Origin: Podarcis pityusensis
Taxonomy: Eukaryota
Reading direction: 5' to 3' (one strand)
Length of the DNA: 64,000 nucleotides
NCBI GenBank assembly: GCA_964106645.2
Contig: OZ067045.1
This document shows, piece by piece, positions 1 through 14,185 of this stretch; position 1 is the stretch's first letter; each line of letters begins with the position of its first letter. A model generated the notes under the pieces. The model saw only the letters and a list, made by a program, of their open reading frames with translations, did not search any database and had not been told where the DNA came from. The translations under genes and the position numbers were made by a program.

Positions 1-239
1 TACTGGCAGGTCTGTCTTGCCAAAAACTTCCCCCCTCAATTTTTGTCATCTGCATATGGCTCATAGGCTGTTGTTTTTAAAGGTGCCAGTGTCATGGGCT
101 TAAACAGCCTTGTTTTGCTTGGAAGTTCAAAAAGTTTAATCCTGTCAGCATATTTTGTGCTTTACTAAGCAATAAGGGCACAATGGAGACATATGGTTTC
201 AAGCTTCTTGCTTTGAGGTCATCTCAGGTCAGCCCAGAC

Positions 240-1950
240 ACTAGTAGAACTTCACAGGCATTGCTGGAAAGCTCACACTACTATATTTGTTTTGCCAAAC
301 CTGGAGAGAATCATTGACATCTTCTCCTGGAGGGACTTGAAGCTGTCTGGATGCAACACTTCTTAGAAGATATTGGACTTTAAGGGGTCCAGACATCAAT
401 GTACACCAGATTGAATGGAAAATGAGACCACTTACTCTACACCACTGACAATACAAGTTAACAGTATCTGAGTCAAAATGCTACATGATTGTCAAGACTT
501 CTGTTCCACCAGCAACGTAAGTTTCTATTCTGACCCATATTGGTCGACTACTACTTTTGATAACTCCAGTAGCTCCACTTCTGAATTGATACTATGCAGC
601 ACTAGAAATTCCCCACATCTTTGCTTCCCCCCAATATTGATAGAGCCTCCGAGGAACACATTATCTGATCCTCAAAGTAAAGGTGTAGAAAATCCCATTT
701 TTCTTCTCATAATTGTTTCAAATGCCTTCTTCATTGACTATATCTGCTTTGGAAGAATACACTTCACTCAAGGTTATGGAGGGCAATCTTTACATCTATA
801 GAAATTTTCCATGTTGATGGGTCTGTCAAAGTTCATAACATAAGGCAACACATGGGCTAATAATGTATTGGCAATATTTATGAAACATTATCAATTCTTT
901 CTTAATTCATAAACAAAAGCATGTAATTGTTTACTATTAATATTTCTTCCTTTGACGGGGACGTCTGTCCATTCGAAAATCCTGTATATCATGCATGGCA
1001 CTCTGTCTATGGGGAAGGGGGTGTAAAGTTGAATGTCGTTCATTGACATCTGATTGTGATGAAATGCTCTACTCACTTGTGAACCTAGTGGCATTCGAAG
1101 GATTAAATCTAGAGTCAGCCTTTTGTTGATCAGATTGTTTCGTGTTGTAACACAGAGGATTTTCTTTGTCTCAAAGTTCATAACATAGCAGTCTACTTCA
1201 TGACTAGAAGACATCTCCTTCCTTGAATCCGCTAGGTTCTAATCCAGGAGTAGCTACCATAGTCTACTGCCTCAGCAGTAAAATTTCCCTTAGAGTAAGA
1301 AAACAATTCAATTCCTGTAGTTGCATCATGCTTTTTAGCTTTGTTATCAGATACTTGGTATTGTCTTGTCCACCTTTAATCTTGCCACAAAAGTCAGCTT
1401 TGGTTGATCTAGTTTTGACACTGCTCACCACTCTTCCACCAGTGTCAACTGCTCTATCACTCTTGGAGAAGAATCATAGAATTATAGAGTTGGAAGGTCA
1501 TCTAGTCCAACGCCCTGCAATGCAGGAATCTCAGCTGAAGCATCCCTGACAGATGACCACCCAACCTCTGCTTACAAACCTCCAGTGAAGGAGAGTCCAC
1601 AACCTCCCAAGGGAATCTGTGCTGTTTGCTGGTGCTGCTGGTTTTCCACCAAGGCAATTTTATAGTCAACATGGATTCTCTGCCTCTGCAATCACATTCA
1701 GTAGACTTTTAATTGCCCTTGTCTCTCTTTTCTGTGTTGTTAAAGATATCACCTCTGGTTGCACCAGTCTGCATCAGTCCATGATGACACAATACCAGCT
1801 TTTTTTTGTTTCTTTTGTTTATTCTGCGCATATTCCATGGTCTACAGATGATGGCAATAATTCTAGAAGTGATAACTCCTCTTCAGGCTCAGGGTCCAAT
1901 GCTGATCATCCTGTGCTATCATCTTGGAATGAACAATCAGAATTTCCTTA
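240..1950 (-). mobile_element. Highly decayed LINE, probably RTE clade (endonuclease/RT remnants)
   Basis: Minus-strand fragments resemble RTE motifs in the expected order: WN(V/M)R near 1830, a '...VARLKV' endonuclease end near 1380, 'INIGG' near 630 and 'WTLK...DSF...RR' near 300-400; many stops and frameshifts. Confidence 0.45.
1471..1620 (-). mobile_element. CR1 LINE 3' end, inserted in the older LINE
   Basis: Reverse complement of the CR1 terminus (...ccttccaactctataattctatgattc); matches the + strand copy at 45208-45374. Confidence 0.8.
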
Positions 1951-1994
1951 ATGTTATATTGGTAGTGGTACAATTCCTTTATTATAGGAAACAT

Positions 1995-2830
1995 TTAAGA
2001 GGATAGGAGGACAATATGGAGTGAAGCCAAACTGCTTTGTTAGCAGCTTTGAAGTGACTTCCCCAGGTAGCGAGCCTGGCAGTGTGTATTGAGGTCTTGG
2101 GCTGCAGAGATGACAAAACCCTCTCTTAGCCTCACTGATGTGGTCCAAAGAAAAGCAGAGCAATACATTTGGCACTAGCTTGGCTGTAGAAGTTGCCGAA
2201 AGTAAGCATACAAGGCACCATCCAATCATCGTAAGGCCAAATAAACTCTGGATTTGTGTAGCCCTTCTCCCAAAAATATCCTGCAAGGCAGTGGAGGCTT
2301 AGGACCAGAGTTTTCACTTCCCTCTTCAGCACATGCAAGGAACTACCTTCTTGACAGTTGGACCCACTATTGATCTTATTCGCTCAATCTGCTGTAGCCT
2401 GTCTTCGTATGCAGGGGAAGTCCCTAACTCACTGAGGGTTTTAGACCCATCAGCTACCCTCACCTGGTTTAACTGGCCAGCTGAAGTCGTTTCTGGGGTG
2501 TGACCATTGTCACATGCTGACAGCTTCTAGGAGCCACAGGTAAGAGCTGAGTGCAGGGTAGGGACCAAAGGTGGACAAACTACCCCAGAAGAAGCACGAC
2601 GTGCCCCCCACCAAAGCTTCTACCCCTCCCTTAGCACCCCATACACCCCTACTTCGTTGTAGGAGTGGTTAACATTTTGCAGCCTCAGCACCACATTCAG
2701 TGTTGTCAAAACCCTTAGAGGACTGCATGCCACTTTCTTGTGTATACACACACAGCAGACAGACAACACCCACCCACCTAAGGTTAGGGGATGGACAGGC
2801 CTAACACTCAAGGCCTGTGAATGGAAAGTG
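1995..2830 (-). mobile_element. Interspersed repeat, probably the 5' region of an RTE-type LINE
   Basis: GC-richer non-coding block resembling squamate RTE 5' sequences (atatcctgcaaggcagtggagg...cagagtttt; ctaccctcacctggttta); recognised from memory only. Confidence 0.4.
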
Positions 2831-3489
2831 TCATTGTCCAGGATATGGTGTAGCTCATTGACGTGCTGGAAAGATTTTTAGCTGGGTGCTTTGGTGTCTA
2901 GTCATGTTCTGTGTCTCCTTCGGTTATTCCTGGATACTAGTCTGTATTTAAGGTCATTTGGTGAAGTGTTGTAGACTAAAATACCTGAAATAAATCCTTA
3001 AGTTGCTCGTCTCTGAGCTGGAACAGATGCAGTTATATTGTAGGGTTGTAATTCATTTTTCACTATAGCACTATACTTGTTGATGGTGCTGTATTTCCTG
3101 GTTTTCTTTTTACAAATAAATAAATGAAAATCTTAATTTATACTCTTCAATGCTTCTTCTGTTTCTTTGTGCTGAATATTAGAAATAAATGTGTTCAGTT
3201 AAATAAACCTTGTCTGCAGGTATTGCCTTGGTGTGCCCTGCTCTTTGGCAGTTCCTCAACTCTTATATGTTTGATGCTCAAGCAATAGGACAAGAACCGC
3301 ATGAATTTGAAAATAATCTCATTAAAGAAAGAAAAATAAATCATTCTGTATTAGTGCTCTGATGTTTATTTGATTGATCTAATCAGTTAAAGACAGATTA
3401 AAAAGGTATACCCAGTTAATTAGACTGCAAACCTCTTCTCTCTCCCCGCCTCCCCATACCGGCACTTGTAAACATATAGGTTGTAAGTA

Positions 3490-3739
3490 CAGCCGTACCT
3501 TGGTTGACGAATGCCTTGCGACTCTAACATTTTGACTCCCGAATGCCGCAAACGTGGAAGTGAGTGTTCTGGTTTGCGAACGTTCTTTGGAACCCGAACA
3601 TCCAACACGGCTTAGGCGGCATCCAATTGGCTGCAGGAGGTTCCTGCAGCCAATCGGAAGCCATGCCTTGGTTTCCCAACGTTTTGGAAGTCAAACGGAC
3701 TTCCGGAACAGATTCCGTTTGACTTCCCAGGTACGACTG
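3490..3739. mobile_element. Non-autonomous Tc1/mariner (Tigger-like) MITE
   Basis: TA|CAGCCGTACCTTGG ... CCCAGGTACGACTG|TA terminal inverted repeats with TA TSD; CpG-rich; related to 50952-51142. Confidence 0.85.
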
Positions 3740-6697
3740 TATACTCTTAAGAGGCACTCCCCTTTTCTCCCTCCTCTTAGTGAATGTTTGTTCTAAGAAC
3801 CTTCTACAATGTACACATACATTCTCTAAACAAAGTGTGGCTTTATTTTTCCCTATATATGTTTTAAAATACAAACTTGCATTTATTTTTAAATAAATTA
3901 ATCAAAGTGAAATAGAAGAGGCAGAATGTACCATAACCTTTGACTGTTGATTAATAACTATGTTCACTAATTATGACTTCAAAACAATGTTTTTTTACTT
4001 CATAAATATTTATTTTATATGCAAATTTAACTGATAATCATCCAAAAGTATATGAGTGATCAAGTAGTGTACCTTTAAATGAGTCCCAGTTAAGGAATAT
4101 TGATTGGAACAGACCATACTGGGCAAATAGTATAGGAGGAAGTACAAGATAAAAGTACCTGTGCTTGCACGTGCTGCAGAGGTTTCTTGGCAAACTGAAA
4201 GGAAGCAAGTAAAGTGAGGGGAGGTAAACTCATGTAATTGTGTAGTACACAAATGTTGAGCAAGAATAACTCACTTGATTGGATTTACTTAACAGACTTG
4301 TTCAAGAAGCTAAATATATAATAAAATGTATAGTGCAAAGTTTATTACCAGGCACCCAACATTTGTGAGGCATTAGGAATAGCAGATAAACCAGCACACA
4401 TGAGCACAGATGCAAGTTCATTTCAGAATGCAATGCAAAGTCCTTTGGGTTAAAAAAGAAGCTGGAACATGGCATAGTCCTGTGATGCATTTTATTGTAT
4501 GGTCTTTTTTGTACTGGGCTTTCTGCCAGAAAGGAATCCCAGTGATCAATTCATGAACTCATTAAAGCTTAGACAGTTGAAGTGATGTTACTGTAATAAG
4601 TTCTTGAGATAGGGCAGTCTGTAGATTTAAAGATACCCACTCATCAAAGGAAACATTTTCCTTTTCCTAACCTCATATTTTCTCCCTATATACTGTAGTC
4701 AATGAGTACCTTGTTTTGGAGTTTTCTTGTTGCTCTGGATACTTTTGGTCTTGCCAAGGAAGGCTTGGGGTTAGTGTGACTCTGACCCCTGTCCTCAGTA
4801 AGTAAAAGAACATTGTGTGCCACAAGTAGGCTATTGAAGTGACATCCTCTCACCAAGTTAGTGCCAGAAGAATGCATAGGTAGAAAACAGCTTGTTAGTT
4901 CTTTGCGGTTTCATTTTCAGATTCCACTTTGAAACCTGCAGCGTAGACCAGGGGTGGGTATCTAGTGTATTTCAGCTAAACCCTTACCGTTGCCTGTCTT
5001 TCAGAGGTCACTGCATGTTGGAGGATATACTTCACTGTTCTCTCTAGAACAGAGGTAAACCCATTTCTGTTGATCCCATGGAGAGATAGGAGAGATTGAG
5101 TCTAGAATCTCTGGTTTTCCCATGTGTTCTCTTTCAACTCCTGTCTCTTGACATGAGACATAAAAGTCTTTAAAGAGCTGAAAGTGGCTTGAGAGAGAAC
5201 TCTAGCTGCATTTGCATGTAACAGTAAGGCATGAACTCTGCTGATGCACACATCCTGAATGCTGCTTCCCTGTGTGAATGGCTAAACAAACCAGAATTGA
5301 TATAGCTCAATGTTGGATCTGAACTGAGATTACGGATCACCTTAACATATGATTTGCTGTTGGCTTACCACTCCTGGTTTGTTGGGGCAGAGTGAACCAC
5401 AATCCAGGGTTCAAATGCAACGTGATGGTTTGTTAACTCATTTGTTTCATGGTTTGTTAACTCATTCATGCTAGGGGTGGAGCAAAGTGAGAGTGATCAG
5501 TCTGTGTGCACTAACATGCACACTATGGTTTATTAAGCCAGGGCTTGTGCACATGTGGTCATTGATTCCCATGATGTGTGTACACATTTATTTTATCCCA
5601 CCACTGCCTCTACTCAGATGTTATTAGGCAAGTTTTGGAAACAATTGAAAAGTACAGTGTCTGTTAACCCAAGGTGAAAGCGGGACATAGATGCAGTGAT
5701 CCTTCTTTGGAATTTCTTTCAGCTTTCTCAAAAAACTAGTGTCTGTCTCCAACATTTGATTGACCAACCCAATAAAAAATTAAGGGGTGGCTATTTGAGG
5801 ATAATGGAGCATGTAAACAAGACTGAGACTCCAACCGTAGCTGTAGAACTGTGGAACAATGTGCATATTGTAGTTTAAAGAGGATAAAAAATAATAAGCC
5901 AGTTGTGCAATAACATATCAAAGCCAAATTGAAATACAGAATTTTAATACCAACAGGTACTTTTAAAAGTACATTGTGTTCTAGGGATATGCCTAAAAGA
6001 TTAACCACCTGACCCTAAGTATAGCTACTTAGAAGTAACTATTGTTAATTAGGACTACTTTGGCCTATTTTTTCAGTTGTGTGTAAATAAAATAGGAGGG
6101 GAGGGGGGCAAAAACCAAGAAAGGTTGAGTCCTAGGGGCCAAATTAATCTCTGATTTTGATTAGAGCAGTGATACTGGAGAAAGGGGGCATTTAATTCTA
6201 ACGACTCTGAAACTCTTGTTTGATCATAGTGAGGAGAAATACAGTAGCTGTCACCTATATTTTCCTTCCTGTAGAGCAAACAGAAACTGTGGTGGGGGAT
6301 AAGGGAAAACACATGGGGGTGGAGGAACACACCCTGATGCTGGTGCTCGAATATAAAGCAGGCCAGGAAAGGGCTCTCATTCTTGCAGAGTGGGAGCACA
6401 ATAGGAGAACCATTAATGGATCTCCCACATCCTTTGTCATTATGCTTTCAAGCCAGTGTCAAACGCGAATTTGATACATTTGAATTCCCTAGTGCATTTT
6501 AGCAAGTGTCTTAATCAAAAGAAGAGCTGCTGGATCAGGCCAATGGCCCATCTAGCCCAGCATCCTATTCTCAGAGCAACAAACCAGATTCCTGTGGGGA
6601 AACCTACTAGTAGCTGCTGATAGCCTTGTCCTCTATGAATTTGTCTTTTAAAGCCTTCCAAGTTGGATGGCCACCAGTGCCTCTTGTGGCAGCGGAT

Positions 6698-6720
6698 TAG
6701 TAGTAGTAGTAGTAGTAGTA
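6698..6720. repeat. (TAG)n microsatellite
   Basis: direct reading. Confidence 0.85.
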
Positions 6721-8269
6721 CCCTGCGAATAGCTTTTCTCCTCCACAATCAGTTTAAAAAGCTCAGACATGCTGTCTAGCAAACAATTTTAGTGAGAGAT
6801 TCTGGACAATTTTTTTAACCAATGAAATAAAATGTCAAAGCATATGTATATTTATTTGGGGAAGGCAACAAATCAGATTTGCAAAAAAAAATAATCTAAC
6901 TTGACTAGTTATGGTTTAACTGCCTGAGCAGTTTTGGGTTTCACAGCCTGTGCAGAGTTGCTTGCACAAAAGTTAGAGAGCAACTTTGATCATATTGGAA
7001 ACAAGGCAACTTGGGGGTTAGACATTTTGCTGTTCCATATCATCAAGTTTGCCCTTGAGTCACAGGAATAGCAGGGCTGGGGAATCATTGGTTTTCCAGA
7101 TGTTGCTGAACTACAACTCCCATCAACTCTAGCAAGCATGATCAGTGGCCATGGACAATGAAAGTTACAGTTCAGCAACATATGCAGGGCCATTGTGTGT
7201 GTCAGTGGTTGTGCTTAAGCCCGTTCTGCCCCTGCCCTGTTCCGGGGCCAAAAGCACCACACATGTTGGTGGTCGCATGTCAATTGGATGTGCACAAAAT
7301 GTCCACTGCCTGTACAAAGTATATAATCCAAGCAATGGCTCCTAATTTTCCTTGTTTCCTTTCACTCAAGTCACGAGTTATGGTGTCTTGTGGTTTCCAC
7401 AATTTGAAGTGCTGAGCAAGTGTGAAATCTTGGTATCTGCTACTTACAAAGCAGGTGACTAGCCTTTATGGTTGCAGAGAGACTTAAGGAGGCCTGGCAG
7501 AGTCTGATGCAAAAGAAAAACCAGAAGCCAGAATGAACTGAGTTTCATAGCCATAAAGTGGATGGGACTTCATTCCTTTGTCCAGTAATGGCTGCTAATT
7601 TGAGACCCTCTTATCCCTCCTAATCAAACCTTTTTCGTTAACCCTTCTCTTAGCCTGTACCATTATTTTTTTTGTTGTTGGAAAAATTATAAATGTCTGT
7701 ATCATGTGAGCACACTAATTTGAATATGATTGTAAAATTTGGATTGTTTTGGTGCAGAATTTGGAAAAGTGGGGAAATGCAGAATAGATGCAGCCTTGTT
7801 TAAAGTGCATCAGTGTAATTGAAACCCCAAAGCTCAGTGTCTTACTTGGTTGGCAACTAATTTTAGAAAGGAGCTGTATTTTTGAATTGGACAACAGCTG
7901 AAGGGTTGACAACATTGTCTCTGTACACTAACACTTGCTGCACAGTCAGAGATGCAGGCAAAGGATGCTACACCCTTTTCCCCCTCTCTGAGTGTGACTT
8001 GGGCAGAGTTTTCTCCTTATTCTGCATACAACTGTTGAAACATGGGCAGGTATCTCTTTCCCATGCCCTGCCTAGTGAAGAGTTTTTGGCAGAGCTGCCC
8101 CCCACCCTCCATTCTTATGCACTTCAGCTGCTTTGCTTTGAGTGGCAAAGCACATGATCAGCAACCCCTTGTGATGTATCAGTTTCTGGGCTATATACAA
8201 TGTCAGATTGTAGGGTCAGGACTGAATGCTTCCCCACATTTAAAAAATAAATAAATTACACGCACAAAA

Positions 8270-8381
8270 ATGAGGCTCATAGGGTCATGGGTTCAAAGCC
8301 CATGCTGGGCAAAAAAAATCCTGCTTTGCAGAGAGTTGACTAGATGACCTTGTGGTCCCTTCCAACTCTACAATTCTATGA
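8270..8381 (+). mobile_element. Degraded tRNA-derived SINE with CR1-like 3' tail
   Basis: B-box-like GGTTCAAAGCCC followed by the CR1 tail ggtcccttccaactctacaattctatga. Confidence 0.6.
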
Positions 8382-10591
8382 AACAAGCCCCCTCAAAGCT
8401 AGTACACATACAAAACTAACATGTCAGGCAGAAGTATTTAGTCCCCTTGCCTTTTCCCTCACATGCTAGTTAAGAGTGTGCAGGGAGTTTTTGTTCAATA
8501 TTTAGTTCCTGCTCTGCACTACTACAGTCAAACAGTTAATATAACATGATTAGTTATGAGCAGCTTCAGTGCATAAGCCCTCTGCTTGTGTTTCCAGTTC
8601 ACACAGAAGAAACCAGTTAAGGTGTATGATTAGGGGGATTAGGACCAGGGACTATAAATGGGGAAGCCTGATGGCTGTCAAGTGGCGCTTGATGAATGTG
8701 TGTTCTTGATACGAGTTCAGAATGTTCTTGAGTCCTGGCTGCTGACTACTTGAAGTTTGATTCAACTATGATTGCAATCTGTTGAGGGACACAGGCACAA
8801 GTAGCATTATTTTGCCTTCCCACTCTTTCTCCCTGCCTTTAAATCTCATTCATAATGCCACACTGTTGAAACTGGCAGAAAAGCTTGCTCTCTTCTAGAT
8901 TTGGAATATTACTGAAATCTTAAAGAATTTTTTGGACATCAGCTAAGTCACTCTTTGGCTATAGTTTAGTAAGCTGGTGATTTTTAGACCTTGCATATGA
9001 AGCTTTTCTCACGTTCCCTTTTTTAAGCCATGCTGATTCTTATGGGAAGCTTTCTTCCGATGTGTGTTTTGAGTGTGGATTCTTTTATTAGGTGGAGAAA
9101 CAGGTCAGAATAGTATGAAAAACCAAGGCCTTCCAAGACATTTTCCAACTTCAACTTGTGTTGCCAGGCTCTTGAAATTTTCTCCAAATGAGTTATGACT
9201 GGCATTCCCCACGACTGAGAGTATAATGGAGTGCTTTGAGAGAGCCTTGTGCTCTGTTCAGAATGTTACTCAGCCTTCTAAATGAGTGGAATGCAAGTCC
9301 TAGTAAGCTAATGTGTTCACCTCACCTAAGCTGCTCAAAAATTTCATTTTTTGCAAATGAAATTTGTCATTTTTTACACATATATTCATGGTGTCAGACA
9401 AGGAAGCTTGTCTATTACTAGCCTTTCTCTCCTCATTCAATTTTTTGTGAAGTTCCAGAAAAATTGAACATTGTGTCCCCTGTATATGGTTTTATATACA
9501 AAATATGGTTGAAAGAACTCAGAAGAAACTTAATGGTGCAGAGTCGACATCCATTTTTATTTGCATCTTTATGTTCAGATTTTTAAAAAATCTCTGTATA
9601 GAGGCTGAGTGCCATTGCATTGCACTTTTCAATTACCAGAGTGCTCATACATGCTATGCATTTTTCAGAGTTCCAAACAATAAAGCTGCCCTTTTTTCCT
9701 GCAGCAAAAGTGAGTATTCTGTTTCTCCAGGGGTGCTGTGCAGCTTGTTAACAAGAGAGCATGAATATTACTCCACCCTGAAAGCAAAGCTCTTGCTGTC
9801 CATAACATGAGGGTAGGATGTTAGCACTACATGGGGTATTGTGAGAGCCTTCTGCTAAAGGGAGAAATTTGGAGTTTTGAATGTGTTCGAAAATTTTATA
9901 GATGCTCTACAAAGTTGTTTTTTTTTTTAAGTCCTAGTGGGTTTATAGTCTAACAGACACAATACAAAAGTCAATGGCTGGGGAGGGTACAAGGAGGGAG
10001 CTAATTCAAGCATTAATTATTCATAAAAGAGTATTTTAGTACCCTTAACGAAGTGGGTATCAGAAAGCTTGTGTGCGGGATATTGACTATAGTTGTTGCT
10101 GCATCTAATGATCTTGATCCTGATAGTTCTGGGGTTTTTCATAAGGCCCAGGCATTGAGGCTGCTGGAGTCATGAGTCCTCAGACAGAATTAAAAGCATT
10201 TTTTTCTGGGCAGTATATTATAGCAGCACCAGAGTAGGATCTTCTGTTGTGGTCTGTTTGGAGATAGGAATGGGATGTGGCTGCTTGGAAAATCAAGACA
10301 GAGCGGTTGGAGGACTGGACTTTTGGCAATAGTTTATGCCAGCAATGACTTGCTTTTTTACTTGGTAGCCTGCATGGAACTACTGATTTTTATATTAATT
10401 AGTTTATTAAACTTATTAGTCACTTGTCACCCAACTGTCTCCAAGCGACTTTCAATAAAGAAAAATATATGCAAATACGTAATTTCATTCTCTGCTTCTT
10501 ACCAGACCTAAATGGATCAGAATATCAGGCTAGAATAACTCTTAAATGGGCAATTACATCTTTCCTAACTGCCTCAGCCTTTGTGCTAGCA

Positions 10592-10949
10592 CAGGGCAGT
10601 CCAACTTTTCATACCAAGTGGGCTGCAAGAGTACTTTGACACACTGCTTTGTCGTGTGGGGGCAGAGAACGAGGCCAAAATTTGGTGCTCCCCCATGTCT
10701 TCCCACTGGCTTCCCAAGCCAGCTAAGTGAGGTGCTGAGTTTGGGGAAGGAGGCATGAGGCTCTTGCAGGATCCTAGATCCCTCCGACCTCCTTCCCAAA
10801 GCTGGGAAAGCACTAACTATGCTTTGGTAAGGAGGATGGAAGACCCTAGGACCCTGTCAGAGTCCTCAACCCTGCTTTGGAGTGGGGGTATATCAAATGT
10901 TGCTGAGGGCCACAAAAAAGCCTTGAGGGCCACACATCGGACCACCCTG
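10592..10949. mobile_element. Non-autonomous hAT DNA transposon
   Basis: Ends CAGGGCAGTCC / GGACCACCCTG; perfect 8-bp TSD TGCTAGCA at 10584-10591 and 10950-10957. Confidence 0.85.
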
Positions 10950-13900
10950 TGCTAGCAGCACAGAACATTGGATGGCAGGAGTTGAGACTTGCTCTGCCCA
11001 GCTGTTACTGGAGAAACCAATCCATAAAGTGCCTGGTTCAGGTGATGTAGGATCCAAAGTGTTTTGACTTCGAGATCTTATTTTAGACCCAGTTCATGTG
11101 GCTCAGATAATGTTGGCTGGAGGTGGGGGGTTCTGCTCAAACAAGTTGGGATCCAGCCCAAGCCAATGCCTCATAGGAACTTTATGAGTGCATAACACAA
11201 CGCTTGTACAGCTCCCATTTATTTTGGCGAATGTACAGGAAAAGAAAATGGCTCTTTGTCTTGTTTGCAGAGCATTCATTCTGCATGCTGTTTTCTGTCA
11301 TGTCTGCAGACCCAAGGCAGGGATGTCTTTGTATAGCTTGATCAAGGAGGGGTTCAAACTGCACTGGCAGGTGGCTTTTCATAACACGTGTGTGGGAAGC
11401 TGTTCATCCTGAGAGCATCTCCTACACCCATCTTCCCTAGGCATGTTCAGGTGATACCAGTGCCCAGGGGAGGTCTCAGCAGCTCCAAATGGTTCACACA
11501 CAGAGAAAATCATTTTTACCATAGTACACTTGGCTGGGTGGGTTTGGAAATTGTGCTTTTCCACCTCTTTTTTTCGTTTCCTCCTTTCCCCATTATAAAA
11601 AAAATGGTGCAGCTTGGATTCTTAGAATAGATGCAGCCAGTATTCCCTTGCATTCTTCATCATTCGTAATCTTATGAAGGATTTGAAATTGGTAGAGCAT
11701 ATTCTTCTGCATGTTTTTTTTTCTTTTTTACTGTTCTGGACTGCTGGACATGTCAATGGAAAATCCTCTATAAGACATCTGGAATACACCAGGATCCATA
11801 AGCTTTTGGGGATAAAATATGTTGATTGTTCCCCCTCTTCTGCAGAGGTTTGAGAGTTTTCTGCAGAGGTTTCTGACTTTGCGAGTCCCAACCTAAGCAT
11901 ATAGTGATCTGTCCATGGCATTAAATCAAAGCAGATTCTCCTGCCCACAAATATTCTTTCAGTTATAAAAGTCAGATTGAAATTGTATCTGTTTTTGTTG
12001 TTACAGCACCCAATTACCATGCATAGTTTATCAGTAAAACTATGAATTAGAAAATTAGAAGTTTGGTTTTAAATCTTTGTGATTAAAATCTAAAGCAGTG
12101 GTTTTATTTGCCTTGTGTTGACTACTTGTTATAGAACGCAGTGCTGGCGCCCAGCAACCTTGACTTTTTAGGCTCTTCGCTTCACAGAAGACTTTTCTTT
12201 GGCAATTTTAAAGCCTACCCTAGGCATGTGTGTCTGCTGTCTTCAGGGCTGAGGATAAGCAAGTGTTGATTTTGCTTTGTCGTAGTGTTTGAGAACCCTT
12301 TGTTGTCCTAGCAGAGAAGAAATAGTTAAGGTTGTGTGTAACGTGTATTTCTTAAACTGGAACTTCTTATACAGAAACCGAGTTTTCACCAAGCAAACAC
12401 ATTGTGGAATTGAATCATGGCTTGGACCTGAGATGTTTAGAGTCCATATCCTGAGGCATAACCTTCCATATTGAGGAGTCTTGTACATACGGTAATAACG
12501 AAAGAGCAGTCTGCTGCTGCTGCAGCAGCAGCAGCAGTAACAACAACAATCTGACTGGGTTGCCCCAGCCAGTCTGGGTGGATAATAATATCCAGAAACA
12601 GGGAATAGGGATGGTGGATAGGGCATGCCTGAATTTAGTAAAACCTGGAAATGGTTCTTAGTAGAAGTCTAAATGAACCATCTTGGTGAAGCATAAAGCA
12701 CTTATTTATAATTTATTATTAGCAGCAAAAAAAAATATTGCTGAACAGCAAAATCTAAAGGTTCACTTTATATGTAAGAACAATTGAGGGATTTCAATGT
12801 AGCTGAAATGAATACTCTGACAAATCTGCTATATAATTTAGAAGGCAAGATCAATTGCGATCTTGTGTAGAGATTGCTATCCTGTCTGAACAAAATCCCA
12901 GGATGATTTACAAATAGATGGGCATTCTTCATCACATTTGGGAAACCTTGATGTCGATGCCTTCCTTTTTGACTTGTAATGATGTGATTGATGTTGGCAG
13001 CTACCTTTTAATATTTGTCATGAAGTTTATCTATTACAGCCACATGCATATAAGTCCTGTCCCAACTTTTTGTCTATTTGTTTTGTATGGTTGTTTCTAA
13101 GCATTTTGTTTGTGGTCGTTGCAGATAAGACCTACTAAGCATTGCTATGCTCGTATTCATACTTTATTTATTTACTTACTGCTATTTCATTCCTAACCTT
13201 GCAAGTACATGCAGAAAATACTACAAAAGTTGTGTGATGCATTCTAGATTTTTGTGATTTGTGTTTTTGTTTGATTTTTCTAAATTATTCCAAGTTACAT
13301 ATATTTTATTACAGTAGCTAAGTGTTAGAAAAACCCATTTGCATCAACACAATCAAAGGAAGTTGGCTTGGTATAAAAGGCTAACAATTGTAAATGTGAA
13401 ACAGAAATATATGTGGGCTGAAGAATTGCATGAAAATGAAGAAATAAAAATAACTGGTTCATTTTTAAGATAATGCATCAACAATAGTAGAAACCCCTAG
13501 ACTGATCAGCTGTGATGATGTGATGTAATGAGATGCTTAGTAACATGCTATTTGTTGAAAGATGTTATGAAGCGATGCTATTCCAAAATGTTGTCAGTTT
13601 GCAATAGGGGTTCTCTTATAGTGATTACTTTGGGAAGCACACTACTTAAATAATTTGTTTCCAAGTTATGTGTATATTCCACTGTGTGTATTGCAGAGAG
13701 ACATCATCATCTTGTATTGTTTGACCCATACCTTAAGATCTAGAAGGGCTTCCTTGCTTTAGTGCCTGCCAGTAAAGGCAATTAGACTGATGAGGGTTGA
13801 TTGGACCTTCTGATGGTGGTTCTGAAGTTATGGAGAACAAATACAAAGAGCCTGAAGGCACCATTTCTCTCAGTATTTAAGAAGGCTTTAAAAGCCTATA

Positions 13901-13977
13901 TTTTTTCAAAAGCTTTTGATTAGGGTGGGTATGCCTAATTTATTTTATCCTGATTTTGATAATTTTAATATTTATTA

Positions 13978-14185
13978 CAGTCATACCTCGGGTTACAGAC
14001 GCTTCAGGTTGCGTTTTTTCAGGTTACGGACCTGCCAAAACCCAGAAGTACCAGAACAGGTTACTTCTGGGTTTTGGCGGTCGCGCATGCGCAGAAGCAC
14101 CGAATCGCAACCTGCGCAGACGCCCCGCTGCGGGTTGTGAACGTGCATCCTGCATGGATCACATTCGCAACCCAAGCATCCACTG
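13978..14185. mobile_element. Tc1/mariner-type MITE
   Basis: TA|CAGTCATACCTCGGGTT ... AACCCAAGCATCCACTG|TA; CpG-rich. Confidence 0.8.

Noticed and set aside
13505-13600. GTGATGA (C-box-like) motif suggesting an intronic C/D snoRNA
   Set aside because: No properly spaced D box (CTGA) with a terminal stem was found.
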